From NCBI GenBank assembly GCA_965644295.1, contig CBFFRP010000295.1, forward strand, positions 62,001 through 126,000: DNA of 64,000 nucleotides, read 5' to 3'. The position numbers and the translations under genes are program-made. Within the stretch, counting starts at the first letter, position 1, and each line of letters starts with the position of its first letter. The notes under the pieces were generated by a model that saw nothing but the letters and a program-made list of their open reading frames with translations, ran no database searches and was not told where the DNA came from. This DNA comes from Paraphysomonas bandaiensis (taxonomy: Eukaryota; Protista; Chrysophyceae). Below are positions 48,054-62,723 of this stretch, piece by piece.

Positions 48054-51000
48054 ATGTCGAATATATATGAACCGAATAGCCGTAGAGGCAAATCTATACG
48101 TCGCAGTGACAGCAGACGAACCACTCTACGCAGTCAATCATCCGATCAGAGAAGACGAACGTTTAACAGGCGATCAAGTTCATTCTCTCGTGCTACTGTA
48201 GTATGTGTTTGTTTACAATGTGTATTTTGTGTCATGGATTCTTGTACAGGCAACTCAGGAGTGCACTGGATATGGTATCTACGACAGGGTAGAGAGCGTA
48301 CACGATGCTTGTGCAATGGACGATAGAGTGAAAGCATCGGCTCTCGTTAAGGAGGGTTATGATATAGACGAGCGGGATGAGGTATGTTGCTTGCAGTTTT
48401 TGTAATGAAGTGTTCACCTGTAGTTGGTGCTGCAGAAGGGGAGGACCCCTTTACACTATGTGTGTCAAAGGGGATCATTGGACATGGCGGTTTTTCTGAT
48501 GCAGTTGGGAGCTGATGTGGATGCTTATGATGATGTGAGCACCTTATAGGACTATATGTCATTCACATACACCTATATTTATTGATTATCATCGGTTGTA
48601 AATATAATAGTTTTACATTGCTGTCTTGTTGCTGCGCAGAGAAAAATGAACTGCTTAGCCTTCGCATGTGTGGGGGGCTACAAAGTCCTTGTGGAAGAAC
48701 TGCTTAAATGGACGAGAGGCATAATGTTTCAGAACCGGGTAAGTTTTTATCTTGTTGTGTTGTTGGTGACTAGTATGTGGACTATACTTTTAGGACGGAT
48801 GGACTCCACTGCATCATGCATATGAGAGTGGACACACTGAGGTGGCCGCTCTACTTCTCTACAAAGGTGCAGATATTAACAAGCCTGACTATGTAAGATA
48901 TACCTTGTATTCCTGGTATCCATGGTAAAAGGCGCAATTTTAAACGTTGTGGTTGATGATGTAGATTGGCCGCACGCCGTTACACGTTGCTGCTGAAACT
49001 GGCAACGTCGAAACAGTGCGAACAATTGTGGACAAGGGCGGTGGGGTGCGAAAGATAGATAATGTGTGTGTGATCAGCGTGTTATATTAAGCATAATGAA
49101 ATTGGTTAATACGTAATAGAGAGGTCATACCCCTTTGGACTATGCTGCTGTAAAGGGCCGGACTGCATGTGTCAGAGCTCTAATAGAAAGTGGTGCAGAA
49201 GTTAATCATAAGGACGCTGTAAGACGTTGCTGTGAAATCCGTTTAAGTGGTATGTGTAGTATTGACTGCGTTGTGTATCAGCTGTTGAAGACTCCGTTAC
49301 ACAAGTGCTGCACATTCAATTACCCTGAAACTGTGGCCACTCTTGTGGAGCTCGGTGCACACCTAGAGATGCAGGACAAGGTTGTCATATGCAGTGTATT
49401 TCTGAATCGATGTTGCTTGATGTGTGCACTTTTCGCACGATATTTTCGTGCAGATATATGGATTTTACATTCTGCTTTTATATTCTTCTGGGTGTCCTAG
49501 TTAGTGTAATTTGATATGCTCCCAAGTACTGGATCCTTTCAGTAACTCGATGTGATGTGATAACTGATCGTGATCGTGCTCATAGGATGCGGCAACGGCT
49601 CTTCATAGGGCTTGTAGTTGTGGCAGGCTGGAGGTTGCGAAGGTGTTACTAAATAAAGGTGCCAATGTGGAGGCGACAGATAACGTCAGTATCCTAGAAA
49701 AAAATATTTAGCAGCTTATCGTGAATCAGGTTGGGCGCACTGCGTTGCATTATGCGAGTGTGAATGGTCATGAAAGTACGGTGAGGTTTCTTCTGGAACA
49801 GGGTTTACCGGTGGATTCTCAAGACAATGTGAGTAACTATATTGTGTAGTTGGACTTGTTCAATTCCATCGCAGCATGGCAATACTCCCCTCCACGCTGC
49901 ATGCAGCGAACGGCACTATGCCACGGTGCATAGGTTGATAGTATGGGGTGCCCGGGCAGAAATACCAAACAAAAGCAGGGCTTGTCCATTTGACCTGGCT
50001 CTAAGAAATCGGCATGAGAGTATTCCAGACACTGTGTGTCACCGTGCTCCTGGATTGCTTGATAAATACAGAGTACGTGGATAGACGCCTTTCGTGGATA
50101 CATGTTATAAGTTGGGTGTGTTACACCAGACGAGAGTTACTGCACTGTTTAAAGCTTGCGAAGAAGGAGACCTTCGAATTGTCATTCAGAGTTTGACTGA
50201 AGGAAATGAAAATGTGAACAAGACCGACAATGTGAGATATTGTCTGACCAATGCAGTGTTATCTCTCTGAGACGTACGGTTTGTGTAATGTAGTATGGAG
50301 AAACACCGTTCCATTATTGTTGCCGTATGGGACAACTTGAGGTTGCCAAGCACCTCCTCCATGCAGGAGCTGAGCACACTGCTAAGGATAATGTAAGGAC
50401 CTGTACACTAATGCTTGTTAGAAATTAATTTGTGTGTGCAGTGGGGCTTCACACCCTTACATGTAGCATGGTAAGACTTCTTACATACGTGTATAGAATA
50501 TCTGATGCATGAACTCAGTGAAGGTGGGCATTTGGATATCGTCAAATGGCTTTTGAAAAAGGGAGAAAACATTCACAGTCGGAGTTTGGTAATGTATTAA
50601 TATTGGAAGTCGAATGTACCTTACCTCTACTCTCAGGTTGGAAGAACTCCCTTACACAGTGCCTGTCAGGTCTATATACACTAGGCATCTACGTGGTACC
50701 AAGTAATGTTGTCGTTGTAGTATGGCCAGTTGCACATTGCTAAAAGATTACTGAAAAAAGGGGCGCATATAGAGTGCACAGATAATGTTTGTTGGTTACT
50801 CGCACTATTCCTAGCATATAATGTGCACTGTTTAGATGTTGCGAACTCCTCTTCAGTACGCGGCGCAGTATGGACATATTGAATTGGTCAATTTTCTAAT
50901 GGAGCAGGGGGCTAATCCAGACTCGGCTGATCAGGTAGTTGGAGAAATTTTTGAGCCCGGATATAGTGTGCTAATACCTTAACATTTGTTCCGGCGTACG

Positions 51001-52610
51001 GGCATTTACTACAATGTTACATACATACATGTTGCTGTGTTAAATATTGTCTGCTATGTTTTTGCAGTCCGGAACAACAGCACTACATCGTGCTGCAAAG
51101 GATGGCCACCGTGACATAACATCGATTTTACTCAATCGTGGTGCCAGTATAGAAGCTGTAGACAAGGTGCGCTAGTGCAAATAATGTCGTCCATTCTATT
51201 CATACGTTAACATCGTGATAGTTCTCAAAAACACCTCTTCATTTAGCTGCCGAGTTCGATAGAGAAGCTGTTGTCAAGGAGCTACTAGAATGGAAGGCTA
51301 GTACAACCGCTCTGACACATGTAAGGCGAATGTGGCGTTGTTATATTTATATTACAGCAACTTTTTTCCGACAGTGGGGTCGTACACCTCTTCACGTGGC
51401 TTGCAATAATGGCAACACGGTCATAGCGTTACTTATCTTGCGTCAAGCACTTACCAAAATGGCCACTGATCCGGTATTACTTGTGTCTAACTCTTTGAAT
51501 TAAGGTTAATATCTGCACAGTTGATAAGGTTGCTGCGGAATCCTTCCACGCAGCGTCCCAATGACCGAAAATTACCTGAGTCTGACGAAACTAAATCTGT
51601 GAAAAAATTATTGGTGGAAAATGAAACCTTACAGAGTGTTGATCATGTGCGTGGGCGTACGTGTACAATGATGTTTTTGTGTATGACGCATAAGTATATA
51701 CCTTACATGGAACATCAATTTACGTTGATATGTTGATCTCTTACGATGTCAGAACGGGGATACACCACTACATTACTGCTGCTTTAGAGGTCATGTTGAT
51801 ACGGCGACAGAGTTGATACATCGTGGAGCTAAAGTCAACGTGAAAAACCAGGTATGTAGGGGCTGCACTGAAAAAATCAGAACTCTAATAACAGCATACC
51901 CAGTATGGGCAGTTACCTTTGCAAATGCTGCGAGATGAATGTGCACGACAGGATCTTGTCCAGCTAGCGGTATGTTCTTAAATGCTATCATAATCTCTGA
52001 CAGTATATGATTGAAGGATCGGATAAACCGCATTGTGAAGCAGCAGATGCGTATTTTTGATATTCCTATTCCTTACGAACCCCCCTCCAATACCTATATG
52101 ACTAAGTTTGCTAAGTACAAGCCTCGAGAGGTAAAGAAAGTGTCGCTCGATAAGCATGCATGCGACCTAGTTGACGCTATCCGTCGCCTGGGGTTCAAAA
52201 CCATGGATTGTTACCGGGAGGCTGAGAGAGTGGTGTCCGATCCTGTAGCTGCTCACTTTCGACTGACCAGTTCTGTTGTGGGCCAATTGGAGACGGGCTA
52301 CGAGTTATTTCGACGTAGAAACTATTCGGCATCCAGTTCCAAGTACCATGAAGCATTCGAGCGTCAATCACTTGCAGATTGGGTTGCTAAGAGATATGCG
52401 AAGAAGCGACGGTTAAAGAAGGATGTGACGCTACATATTCTTTCACTAATTAGAATTAATGATGAGTGTGAAGTGGCATTAACAGATGATTGTATACATA
52501 GAGAAGAACAGGGGCGGCTTAATGCGTTTCTCATTGCTCGCAGTATTCTTGCCGCAATACTTAGGGTAACTGTACAGGAAGTAAATTTGAAAGACCCATG
52601 CGATACATAG
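48054..52610 (+). CDS. Ankyrin-repeat protein (~20 repeats) with a unique C-terminal region; 3' end approximate
   Basis: Successive ~99-nt exons encode GRTPLHYVC, GWTPLHHA, GRTPLHVAA, GHTPLDYAA, GRTALHYAS, GNTPLHAAC, GFTPLHVAC, GTTALHRAA and others. Confidence 0.9.
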
Positions 52611-53242
52611 TACATAGGATACGTATGGTGACTGTGCACACACACAGTCTGATCGTCTGATCTGATATTATAAACTGCGGATAGCTGATATGTTGATATT
52701 ACGTAGAGCGTAGGCTGTAAAACTATACAGGCTTATATGCGAAGTGTGCTATTGGAGGTCTATTCTCCCACATAGAGAGTTTGTGTATTGTAAAGAGTTT
52801 GACCGGCGTAGCTACTATTTTTTTTATAAATATCTTTGTGTGTCCGAGACTTAAAATTACTAGGCAGCTAGGCAGTGCTCTATAGCTTCACTTCCAACTT
52901 CTCCGACAAAACTTCACAGTGAATCACAAGGGGCGATAACAATATATTGCCAGAAAAAATAAGTAATAATAATCCCAATTATCGAATGATGGAGGATAGC
53001 AAGGATGTTATTCGTTCCTACTACATTTTTTAACAATACTAGGCGATAGTTTTGCTTGACTCATTGCTGTGTTATTAGGTAATAAACAAGTAAGGTAACA
53101 CATCGTAATTTCTAATCCTTTAACGAACAGCCCTTCATCTGGGCACTCCATTGACAAGCAATCAAGCACATGAATTATACATACAATCAGCAGCGCATGT
53201 CACTATTCTCCAAAACTCATCCAATAATTCATCCTCAATGTA

Positions 53243-55864
53243 TTACTTGGACGTGAGCGGACGGAAACCCTTCCAACTACTGGGCGCCTGCCACCCGTGG
53301 TTCTCCATATATCTCAAAAGTGTCAAAGAGGGTCCATCTCCCTTCTCCATACTGGGTACTTGGGACATCATCTGTGTTGCTTTCTCCAGAAACCCTCGAG
53401 CGCTACCCCAGTCTCCCTGCAAATAAAACTCCAGGCCTTGTTGAAAGGTGGATAGGAATTCAGGGGTAATATGTTGACGGAGGGTCAGCATGTCGTAGTC
53501 CTTCTCGAAAACATCACTAGTGTCATTAGAAGATGTCATGAATATAACAGGTGGACCATCCTTTGTACTCCTTGCACTCTTCTTACTCCTGAAGTGCTGA
53601 TCCTGTCTACAGTCGTAGGTGTAGATTCCAATGGGCACTTCCGAGCCTTTAACTGTAATAACATCCAGTCTGCGGCACTTTCCCTTTCCGTCTTCAGTCA
53701 TAAGATCAAAGAAGTTTTGAGATACTAGAATGGGTACTCCGTACTGCTTTGAGGAACTCTCTAAACGTGCAGCCATGTTCACATGTGGGGAGAGGTAGGT
53801 GGCATCCACCTTCTGCAGAGAACCCACCGCTCCCTCGATCGCCCAGCCCGCATGAAGTCCGAATCCCATGCGCACCTTAAACTCCTGGGTACCATTCATC
53901 GTCAAGCGTTCTTCTGACCGGTACGAGAGAATATCCTTGGATCGGTTGATTTCAGCAATAATTTTACAGTATGCGATGAGGGCCATGTCCGCCAGGGTGT
54001 CAACACCAGGGATACGACGCAAGTCGATCTGAGCTGCCTTTTTCTTTGCCACCGCAGATGGGTTCTTACCCGCTTTCGTATCCCTGTGCTGAGCCAGTAG
54101 CTCAGAAAGTGTCAGCTCATCACCAATGCGCCACACTAGCAGGAAAGCCTGCCCAAGGTTCTTGTTACTCTGTCCTCGCCAGTCATGAACATAGTTATGC
54201 ACCACTGCAGCAATAGTATTCACAAAAGTCATGACATCCTTGCCCAGCTTTTCATTTACGTCTTCAAAATGATGAATATCGCAGAAGCCAAAAATCGCGT
54301 AGACTCGCACACCAGGAATGAGGGGGTTAATTACGGAAGTATTATCTTCGAGATTAAGGTTCGCAGATATAATTCCAGCCCCAGCCTCCCCGAAACCCAC
54401 GCGCAGAAGTCCAGTAATCTTCTCAATTGTACCTTCCAACAGTCGCGTCTCATACTCCCCTGATCCCGATGTGTGATCAAAGAATAGTGGTGACAGTGGA
54501 TCCTTCGAGACTTGTTCGACCATATTCATCATACGCTGAATAGGGGTTAAGACTAAACGTTCGACATCCGCATTGAAAACAACTGTTCCCGTGAGCATTA
54601 CAATCGACACAAATACAGTCAGCAGGATTCCGTTGAGCGCAACTTCTTCGACCACACCCTGGTTATTGTACCATACTACGGTTCTATAGGTATTCCCATC
54701 TACCGTAGACTTGAATGACTCCTTGGATAGCGCAGTGCTACGAATATTGTTCACATATTTCTGCTCGTTGACAATATATCCGTCTACATATGGCTGCATT
54801 TCCAGTCGAATAACATACGGCTCTCCATTGAGTCGCTCGAATGTATCCATAAATTCATCGAGAGCTGTACTTCGTGTCGAGTTATCACCGTATGTATTGT
54901 AATAATGTAAAGTACGGGCAGCGAAGTGCTGCATGTGGTCACTCTCCGAAAATGTCAATATAGGCACCAGACAAAGCATTAGTAACACAATAATAATCAC
55001 TCGACGTGTGGTAGTGTCTGACAACTCAGCTCCGACCTTAGAATTTCTCTCCTGGTTAAGATTTCGCATTTTCTCAACCTCCTCATAACTCATCAGTCCC
55101 TGACGCACCAATTCCATCTGCTCTTCCTCGACACGCTTAAGACGGTTCCTCTCAGCTTGGATTTTGTACAAGCGCACCAGTCGAGCAAGACGAACTGTTC
55201 GTACAACCCGCCCTGCTTTCGAAAAATTGTCGTTCGTACTTGACACTGACTCAGATATACCGGCGATGCCCATGCCTTCGGCAATCCAGTTGATATCAGG
55301 CAACATGGACAGAATAGCGATTAAGTCAAGCCAGAAGAAAAAACTGAAGCAGTATCCATCAAGATGGAAATGTGGAGTAAACTTCATTTGAGTCTTCGCC
55401 CACGTAGTTAATAGTAACTCAAAAATGAAAAAGAATAAGCATATAGAATTAGCAGTCTGGAACCCGACATCTGTAAACAGTAATCAAATTGTACACTGCA
55501 TAATACATATACACGAACCTACTGATTTCGGTGCTGATAGTAATCTAATATCATCCGCAAATAATACAAAGAATGTCAGTATCATCATAAGATCATCAAA
55601 CTGTATATATAGTTAATATATATGTGTATATGTATGTATAGTTATGTATACCGATATAGAAAACTTTATATTCGCAGTATCCAAAAACCACAGAGCCAAC
55701 TCTCTGGCATTCTCATATGTAAACATGGCAAAGAATCTCTGCCATTGATCTGATACAGTCCTTCTTGCTGCTAGAAAAGCACTACGCTTTCTATCAATAA
55801 CAGTTGAGTCACCATCCTCATCTATGGCATCACTGGTGGATACAGGAAGAATTCTATTCGCCAT
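53243..55864 (-). CDS. Class III adenylyl cyclase fused to an ion-transport/voltage-sensor domain (Paramecium AC / Plasmodium AC-alpha type)
   Basis: S3 FFWLDLIAILS; S4 KAGRVVRTVRLARLVRLYK; LLRVGFGEAG; cyclase FGFCDIHHF, NKNLGQAFLLVW, MGFGLHAGWAIEGAVGS, KVDATYLSPHVNMAARLE; C-terminal TPR-like GDW...DGPS..WKGFRPLTSK. Confidence 0.92.
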
Positions 55865-57704
55865 GACTACTCAGACAGTAGAGGGATAGGAAAGGGATCA
55901 AATAGATTGTTTGAATTGATTTTACAGGCTGTTAATATGTCATGTGTTGATATGATAGTATCGTGTGGTAATGTGAGTATATTCACAAGTTATGTACGTA
56001 ATTTTCTATAAGGAGATCTCTCCTCACCCTACATACATATCCATACATACATCCCAGTAGATATGTACATATCCATCCATACATACATGTATATTCACTG
56101 ACACACTTCGACTTCATTTTATTGCACATCGACTCCGACTGTGAACCGTTTCACTATATTATATTCCCTGATCTATTTGGCGAATGGACGTATCTTTAAC
56201 AGTTTAGTCCTCTAGGGAACTGAAAAACCAGTTCAACTGATTTTAGGGGTTTCCTACCGTAGAAACTCTACTTCTAGGGTTTCATGTTTTAAAATCCTAA
56301 TATTATGGATATCGTATATAAAAACAACCAATTTCGGAGAAATAGTACATGGATGCAGCAATATAACAGCTCGTCATGCAAGTCCATTGGTTCTCATGAG
56401 GATACTATCGAATCTTCTTAGCTAATTGCTCTATCTCTGAACAATGGTGCAATTAGTGTTCGTTTGCAGACGTACATAACACAGTAACAGTATCCAGCTG
56501 CTGCATGCAGTTATCATAAACATATACTGTCTTTGCATAACCTCAAGTACAAGAAGCACCTTCTATCCATATGAACTCCAATTAAAGATTAAGGTATCGT
56601 GATACATATTGCTATAAATGTCAATGAGATAGGTAGGTAACACACATACAGAGACGATGACAATGTAGATCTAGCTGGAGATTTACTTGCCACTGGTGCC
56701 GTGTAAGAAACTGAACAAGATATTCACTTTATGCTAAGATTATAAGTTAGATACATATAGTGTCTTGAAAATTTCGTTTGTTGTCGAAAATTGTGGTTTT
56801 CGTATCGTACTTCTGTGTACGACTCGAACTGCAGTCTAACAGATTGTTCTTCAAACCCTGCTGCAGAAAGTATGTTCAGTTATCTTATTCAAATAGATCT
56901 AATTTAGAACAAACAATCTCTAACATTTCAGAGCATGACATAACTGAACAATACGTTACGTTATCGAAAAGTGCGATGCTGACTGCCGATACATGGAAAC
57001 ATAGAGTAACATGTGATAAACTTATGATCAATATCACTTGTCATTCACTGTCATTCGCCAAATTCATGTTGCCTCATCTACTAATCATATCTATACAATC
57101 TTAGATATAACACGATCTTATACGGTCAATGTATTTCAATTTCACTCCTACGATTTCTACGATGACATTAGTTCTCATATTACATTAACCACTTCTGTAT
57201 GTTACTATATGTATCTAACTTATAATCTCAGCATAGAGTGAAAATCTTGTTCTATGAAGTCATTTTCTAACATGCCGCACACAAATAACACACCAGGATT
57301 TCATACAGATCTATGCACATTGCTAAGTTCAGTCTAACACTACTTGAAATAAGCAATACACTGGATCACACAGAATGAAACAGCCTCCAAGTAGAGAAAT
57401 ATCAGATATAGCCGCATTTAAACGGTAGACACTTAGTTGCCAATTTGATATATATATATCTTACTTGTAATTCAACTGTGCAATACGTTGAAACCCATAT
57501 GTCCATATTTGGATATATTTCCAGAGTTAAATAGAATTAATGCAACTACATCTTCACGAAGTTGTATTACCTCCTTAGTCGCCAAGATTTCAGTGGTTTG
57601 AAATGTCGATTAGCATTCAAAAATAAATATACTAATCTCAAAACTCGAATCAATCAAACACGTGTACTAGGTAAAATATATATGGAGTACATTAATTATA
57701 TTAC

Positions 57705-60700
57705 CTACGAAACAACACAACTCTTGTTTTGACCCGAGTTCTTGAATTGAGGGGGGTAGTTTATTGTTCCTGCATAAGTGTTCATCCAGGGGTGATCCAG
57801 AGCCTCATGCACAGTAAGTCGATTTCTACCACATGATGCCATAGCACGTTGCACAAAATCTATAGCATCCATACTGATGTGGCTCCACTCTGGCGAGTCA
57901 AACGAAAAGGCCAATGTCTTATTGGCATCTATAATATCGCCAACAGAATCTCCGTTGAATGGCTCATAGCCGCATAGAAGGCTATATATACATACACCAA
58001 CCTGAGAAATACTATTATAATGTAGTTGACTGTAGCATTATGAACAACAAGTCAAGCTATCCTTCTGCAGTCTCTTAATGATGTCTAAATTGATTCATAT
58101 GTACCGAGGCACTTGATATACTTACCGAAAACATATCGACATTTAACGAGTAGCCTTCCCTTAACCCAGATCGAAATATTTCTGGTGCCACATACCCTGG
58201 TGTTCCGCACCTTCCACGCAGATACCCGTCTTTTTCTATGAACCCAGCCATACCAAAATCTGCCAATTTAATCTGCATGGGAGGGTGCTTGGAGCGAGGC
58301 AAAACCAGGTTTTCACTCGTCCGCTCAGGGAATGTAATGTTAGCCAATTTGATATCTCGGTGAGCGATGCGGTTAGCCTGACAAAGTGCGACCGCTTGAA
58401 CTAGCTGAATAGCGATATGCTTTACTTGTTTTTCTTTCAGAGCACCTTCTTGTAATAATTTATCAAATAAATTCGATGACTTCATCAGTTCCATGTCAAT
58501 GACAAAGTTTTCCCTACAACACATATATAAAACGACACACTTGTAACTTAATTAAGAGCCACCATCATCAGAAGGAAATTTAAACTACTTTATTCATGAC
58601 ACGTAAAATCACATTACCTGGTTTCAAAAACACTGTTTAATTGAACAATTGGTAGTTCCATTTCTATAATTGAAAGCTCATCCACTTCATCCACAGTTCC
58701 TTGAGCGGAAGATAGTACTGCATTTATGATCTGACTTTGGGCAAGTACCTCCCTAATAAGGGTGTCCTTGCGCTCCTTACCACTAGCCACTTGGGACCAG
58801 AATCCAGTCTTGTTGACAAGCTTAAGCGCACATTGACCTGTTATTGGGGTTAAAATAGTATCATTGGCACTGCAGGTAAGAGTAACACTTGACTCTGTAA
58901 CAGTAAGTAACTATATTTACGGTAATAATTAACGCTAGTAATTGGTTGGATAACAATGTGTGTCTGCTTAGCGCACCTACGTGACAATCTGCGCTATTGT
59001 AACCATCTTCCGGATGATCATCATCTTGATCCGTATATTTATTGATTTCAGAGCTAACATGTGATATTTTTTCGCGCAAACGACGATTTACAGCGCGGTG
59101 AATGTAAGAATAGCGCCCTGCAGAATAATAACAAAAATATGAGCAATATAATAACCGTTCAACGAACTTAGTTGTTGTAATGCATCAAGAAGTGTAATGA
59201 CTGATGGCACACATTACTTTGTCATTCACCTGTACCCATAGGTGGTTGCAATTCATCAAAGCTATATAAATCTTTGACAGTAATTTTAGCGGCATGGAGA
59301 AGTTTATCAAATATATCATCCGTGCAAGTACGGTTTTTACCACACAAATATATTTCGTTTTGAGGAGAAGAAGCACTAGTTGAACGGTAATACTTTAATC
59401 GTATCATATAATCAGGGTCTTGGATGTCCCCTTTATCATATCGGCCTATACACAACAAACTTAATGGGATAAAGCAACTGACATTCGCTTGGTACTACAA
59501 CATTTATCCACCATGATATATGTATTGCGAAATACCACACTACGACGTCGTATTACAGTGACAAGAGCTTACTGTGAGTGCGTCATCAATAATCCGCTTA
59601 CCTCGAACCTTCTTGCTTCTGTGTACAACAACTTTGGCTGTGCTCAGATTCGCGAAACCGATTGGCATCCCATCATTATCTGTAAGGGCTTCGAACAAAT
59701 AGTTGTCCCACAGAAACATACGACGCTTCTCCCACTCACCCCATTGAGGACTCTTGCAGGCAAATACATAGCCCAATATGTAAAAATTGGGACACAAAAA
59801 TAGAAATTGCATGAACTTGGGGAGTTGAGCATGCTTCACACCGTCTAAAGAATCAGTCTCATCTTTATACATACGGGGAAGAGAATTCGATGAATTATGT
59901 TTACTCGAAAGGTCACTGTGGGTGGGATGATCAGGTTTACTAACCAAATATACACCGTCTTTGTCATGTGATAGGACCAAATCACCATGAACACTGACTT
60001 CAGGGGTATTCATGTGATCATCAATATGGCGAATTCGGCTAAAAATTCCTCCGAAAAATCCACTACTATGAGTTTCATTACTCCCCGTACTGATATTGTC
60101 AGCACTTGAAAACTGTGTAGAAAATATATCGCGCGGTTCAAGCTCTGTTACATTATCTCCCGTATCGTTGCGCACTATATCACGTCTATACTTATGCTCG
60201 AGGTCGTCTAAATTATCCCCATTGTAAGTATGATTACTGCTCTCTATCTCCTCCAATTTGTATCGAAGGTGGCTATCATCTAATTCATCGTCCACAGCCT
60301 CTTTCTTGTGGTGGAATATATATTTATAATAACGGTTACGTTTTTCATGTGTACTACCCTTCTCATCGTCCACATTACAATTCGTAGTGGAGTCACATTT
60401 TTCTAGCTCGTCAATATTACTTTCATGCTTGCGACGAAACAGTCCGCTCGTAACTGACCCTGCTGCTTTGCATCGATGACCCGTAAAGACATTACGTTTC
60501 TTCGGCATGTTCGAAATATCCTCATTCAAGCTAGAACTCGTTTGGACTACGCTCTCTTGACTAGCTGGATCTCTTGAATGTAATAGTTGTTTATCATAAT
60601 CAACTTTAGCAATGTTTAAATCTAGTAGTTCTCCGGGGGTAAGATGATAATGACTATCATCTAAATCGCTAGTTTTATCTGCTTTCTGGTGGCCTATACG

Positions 60701-62051
60701 AAATAAACCTAAATGCCCCCCACGCGAGTGTACATTAGAATCTATTTTAGCATACAACTTATTCTGCTCCTCTAACTCGGCATCAGTAGGTTGATAGTGG
60801 CTGTCATCCAAAGTTTGGTCGTCTTCACAGCGCCTAAAGTGAAAGAGATTGCCTATTCGTGTTGATGAACTGCTACTAGAACACGTTCGATGTGGTTTAT
60901 CTACAAACTCAGTCGAATCAATACTCCGAGAGCGAGATCGGGATAACTCATATACACGACCTGACTTTAATTCTTCGTTAACAACAGATGAAGTACCACG
61001 CGACGACAGGCGCATGTCATCCACACTTAATATTCCACCATTTCTTTCAAGTTTATGAATAGGGTGTTCTTTAAAAGTCACATCCGACAACTTTGTTTTA
61101 CTCTCTTTCGTTTTTTTTTCAGCATCAGACAGTATCGCTGCACCTGCAATTATGTAGGGTACTATCCAACCCTCGTGAGGAATGGACTGAAGTAGTGTTG
61201 ACAGATCAATAGAAGTATCACAGCTATTCATAGAATCGATTGAGTAACCAGGCATAGGCATTAAGCAAGGTTGGTTATTGGATTGCATGACACCTCCCAT
61301 TTTGTCTATATTACTGAGTGAATTGACCCTTTTCATACCGGAAGGTACCTCCACGAACATATCCTTAGTAAATGCACCCCCATGATGGTGACTTAATTCA
61401 TCCCCTTGAAAAAAAGCTTAAGGAAATACACATCAATATATACAAAGTAATCACACTGCGTATAATTAACCAATCTAATGTGGCATTCACATTCGAAGTA
61501 TGGCATATATACACACTGCACGTGAGGTACATGTACCTCCTAGGTAGCTCTTGGGAGAGACTGATTTTAGTGCTGGAGGAACACGGACAGCTCGTTCATT
61601 TGGTTGACGTATCGTGGAGGTATCTACAGTTTTTTCTTTTTGGTGATCAGATTCTGCATAAATATGTGATTTACACAGTAGTTAAATAGACAGGGCAGTC
61701 ATTGAATTTAGATAACAAGAGAACATGGTTGCTAATGGAGGCATACATTATAAACCATTTATAATGCGCGTAGACGGGTGAATTGATGTTCATACCATTC
61801 ATAAGCTCAGTCATAAAATCATCATCAGCGTCTTCAGGGATGGCAAATATATCGTCATTGGCAACACTCTCCGCATGCCCTGTGGTCCAGTCAACACTGC
61901 CGAACATGTTTCCATTCTTGGAAGAGTAATCTTTTTCCATTCCAGGGGCAATTCCACTATGTCTGACATAGTTACTTGCATCAGATTCGTCATCTGCACG
62001 AGCTGAAGGGGTGTAATTAACGGTAGATGTCGTGACCTCTAGTTCAGACAT
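57705..62051 (-). CDS. Large CAMK-group Ser/Thr kinase with a PH-like domain and long disordered N-terminus
   Basis: PH-like ILGYVFACKSPQWGEWEKRRMFLWDNYLFE. Kinase MGTG|RYS, CALKLVNK, HRDIKLANI, ADFGMA, CGTPGYVAPE, VDMFS, RLTVHEALDHPW. Confidence 0.85.
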
Positions 62052-62723
62052 GTCTTCACTCTAATTGCATCAGGTACAGAAATAAATGAATAACGTAAAT
62101 GATATGATTGAGATAGCAGCCTTCTACTACCTCAATCAATGGCATCTCTTATATATAGACCACAGCAACAGTGTTCGTCATCGTAAACATGACGCAATAG
62201 AGTATACGCTAAATACATACTGCAGGACTCTGAATATATTGTCTCTATGCAATGTACTTGCAATTTCATGTGATACTTGCAACACCCAAGTGGGTCAAAG
62301 TGCATGCAATTGAAGCGATGCATATGATTCACTTGTATTTTCATAACATGACAACTCAACTGCCGAAAACCATAGAAATTTTATAGAAAAAATAGGGATA
62401 TCTGTATATGGGAGTCTATCTGTGGGATATTCAGGGGAAAACATCAATTTTTTTGGTTATATTCTTTTTTAATCAACTTTCTTAATGCACTGGGTATGTG
62501 CTGTACAGAGTACAGCAGTACAGTGTTTCACAAAATAGAAAAAGGGTGATTTGTGATTTCGACATATTCCCGAAATCCCGGTATTTAGTATACACTGACT
62601 GACAGAGTCCTCAAAAATACGGATTTATTCCTCGAAAGTGTGAGGAAATTCTGTGTAGGATGCTCTGTATGTGTGTACTTAAACTCTCGTTCACAGTGAC
62701 ACTATCATTTAGGGGTTATATAT

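Noticed and set aside
56200-56300. TTTAGGG-like motifs as telomeric repeats (also ~62708)
   Set aside because: Isolated, non-tandem occurrences.
55900-57700. Possible unannotated gene in the 1.8-kb gap (ORF 56778-57104); likewise 24700-25800
   Set aside because: No recognisable motifs and no consistent exon chain.
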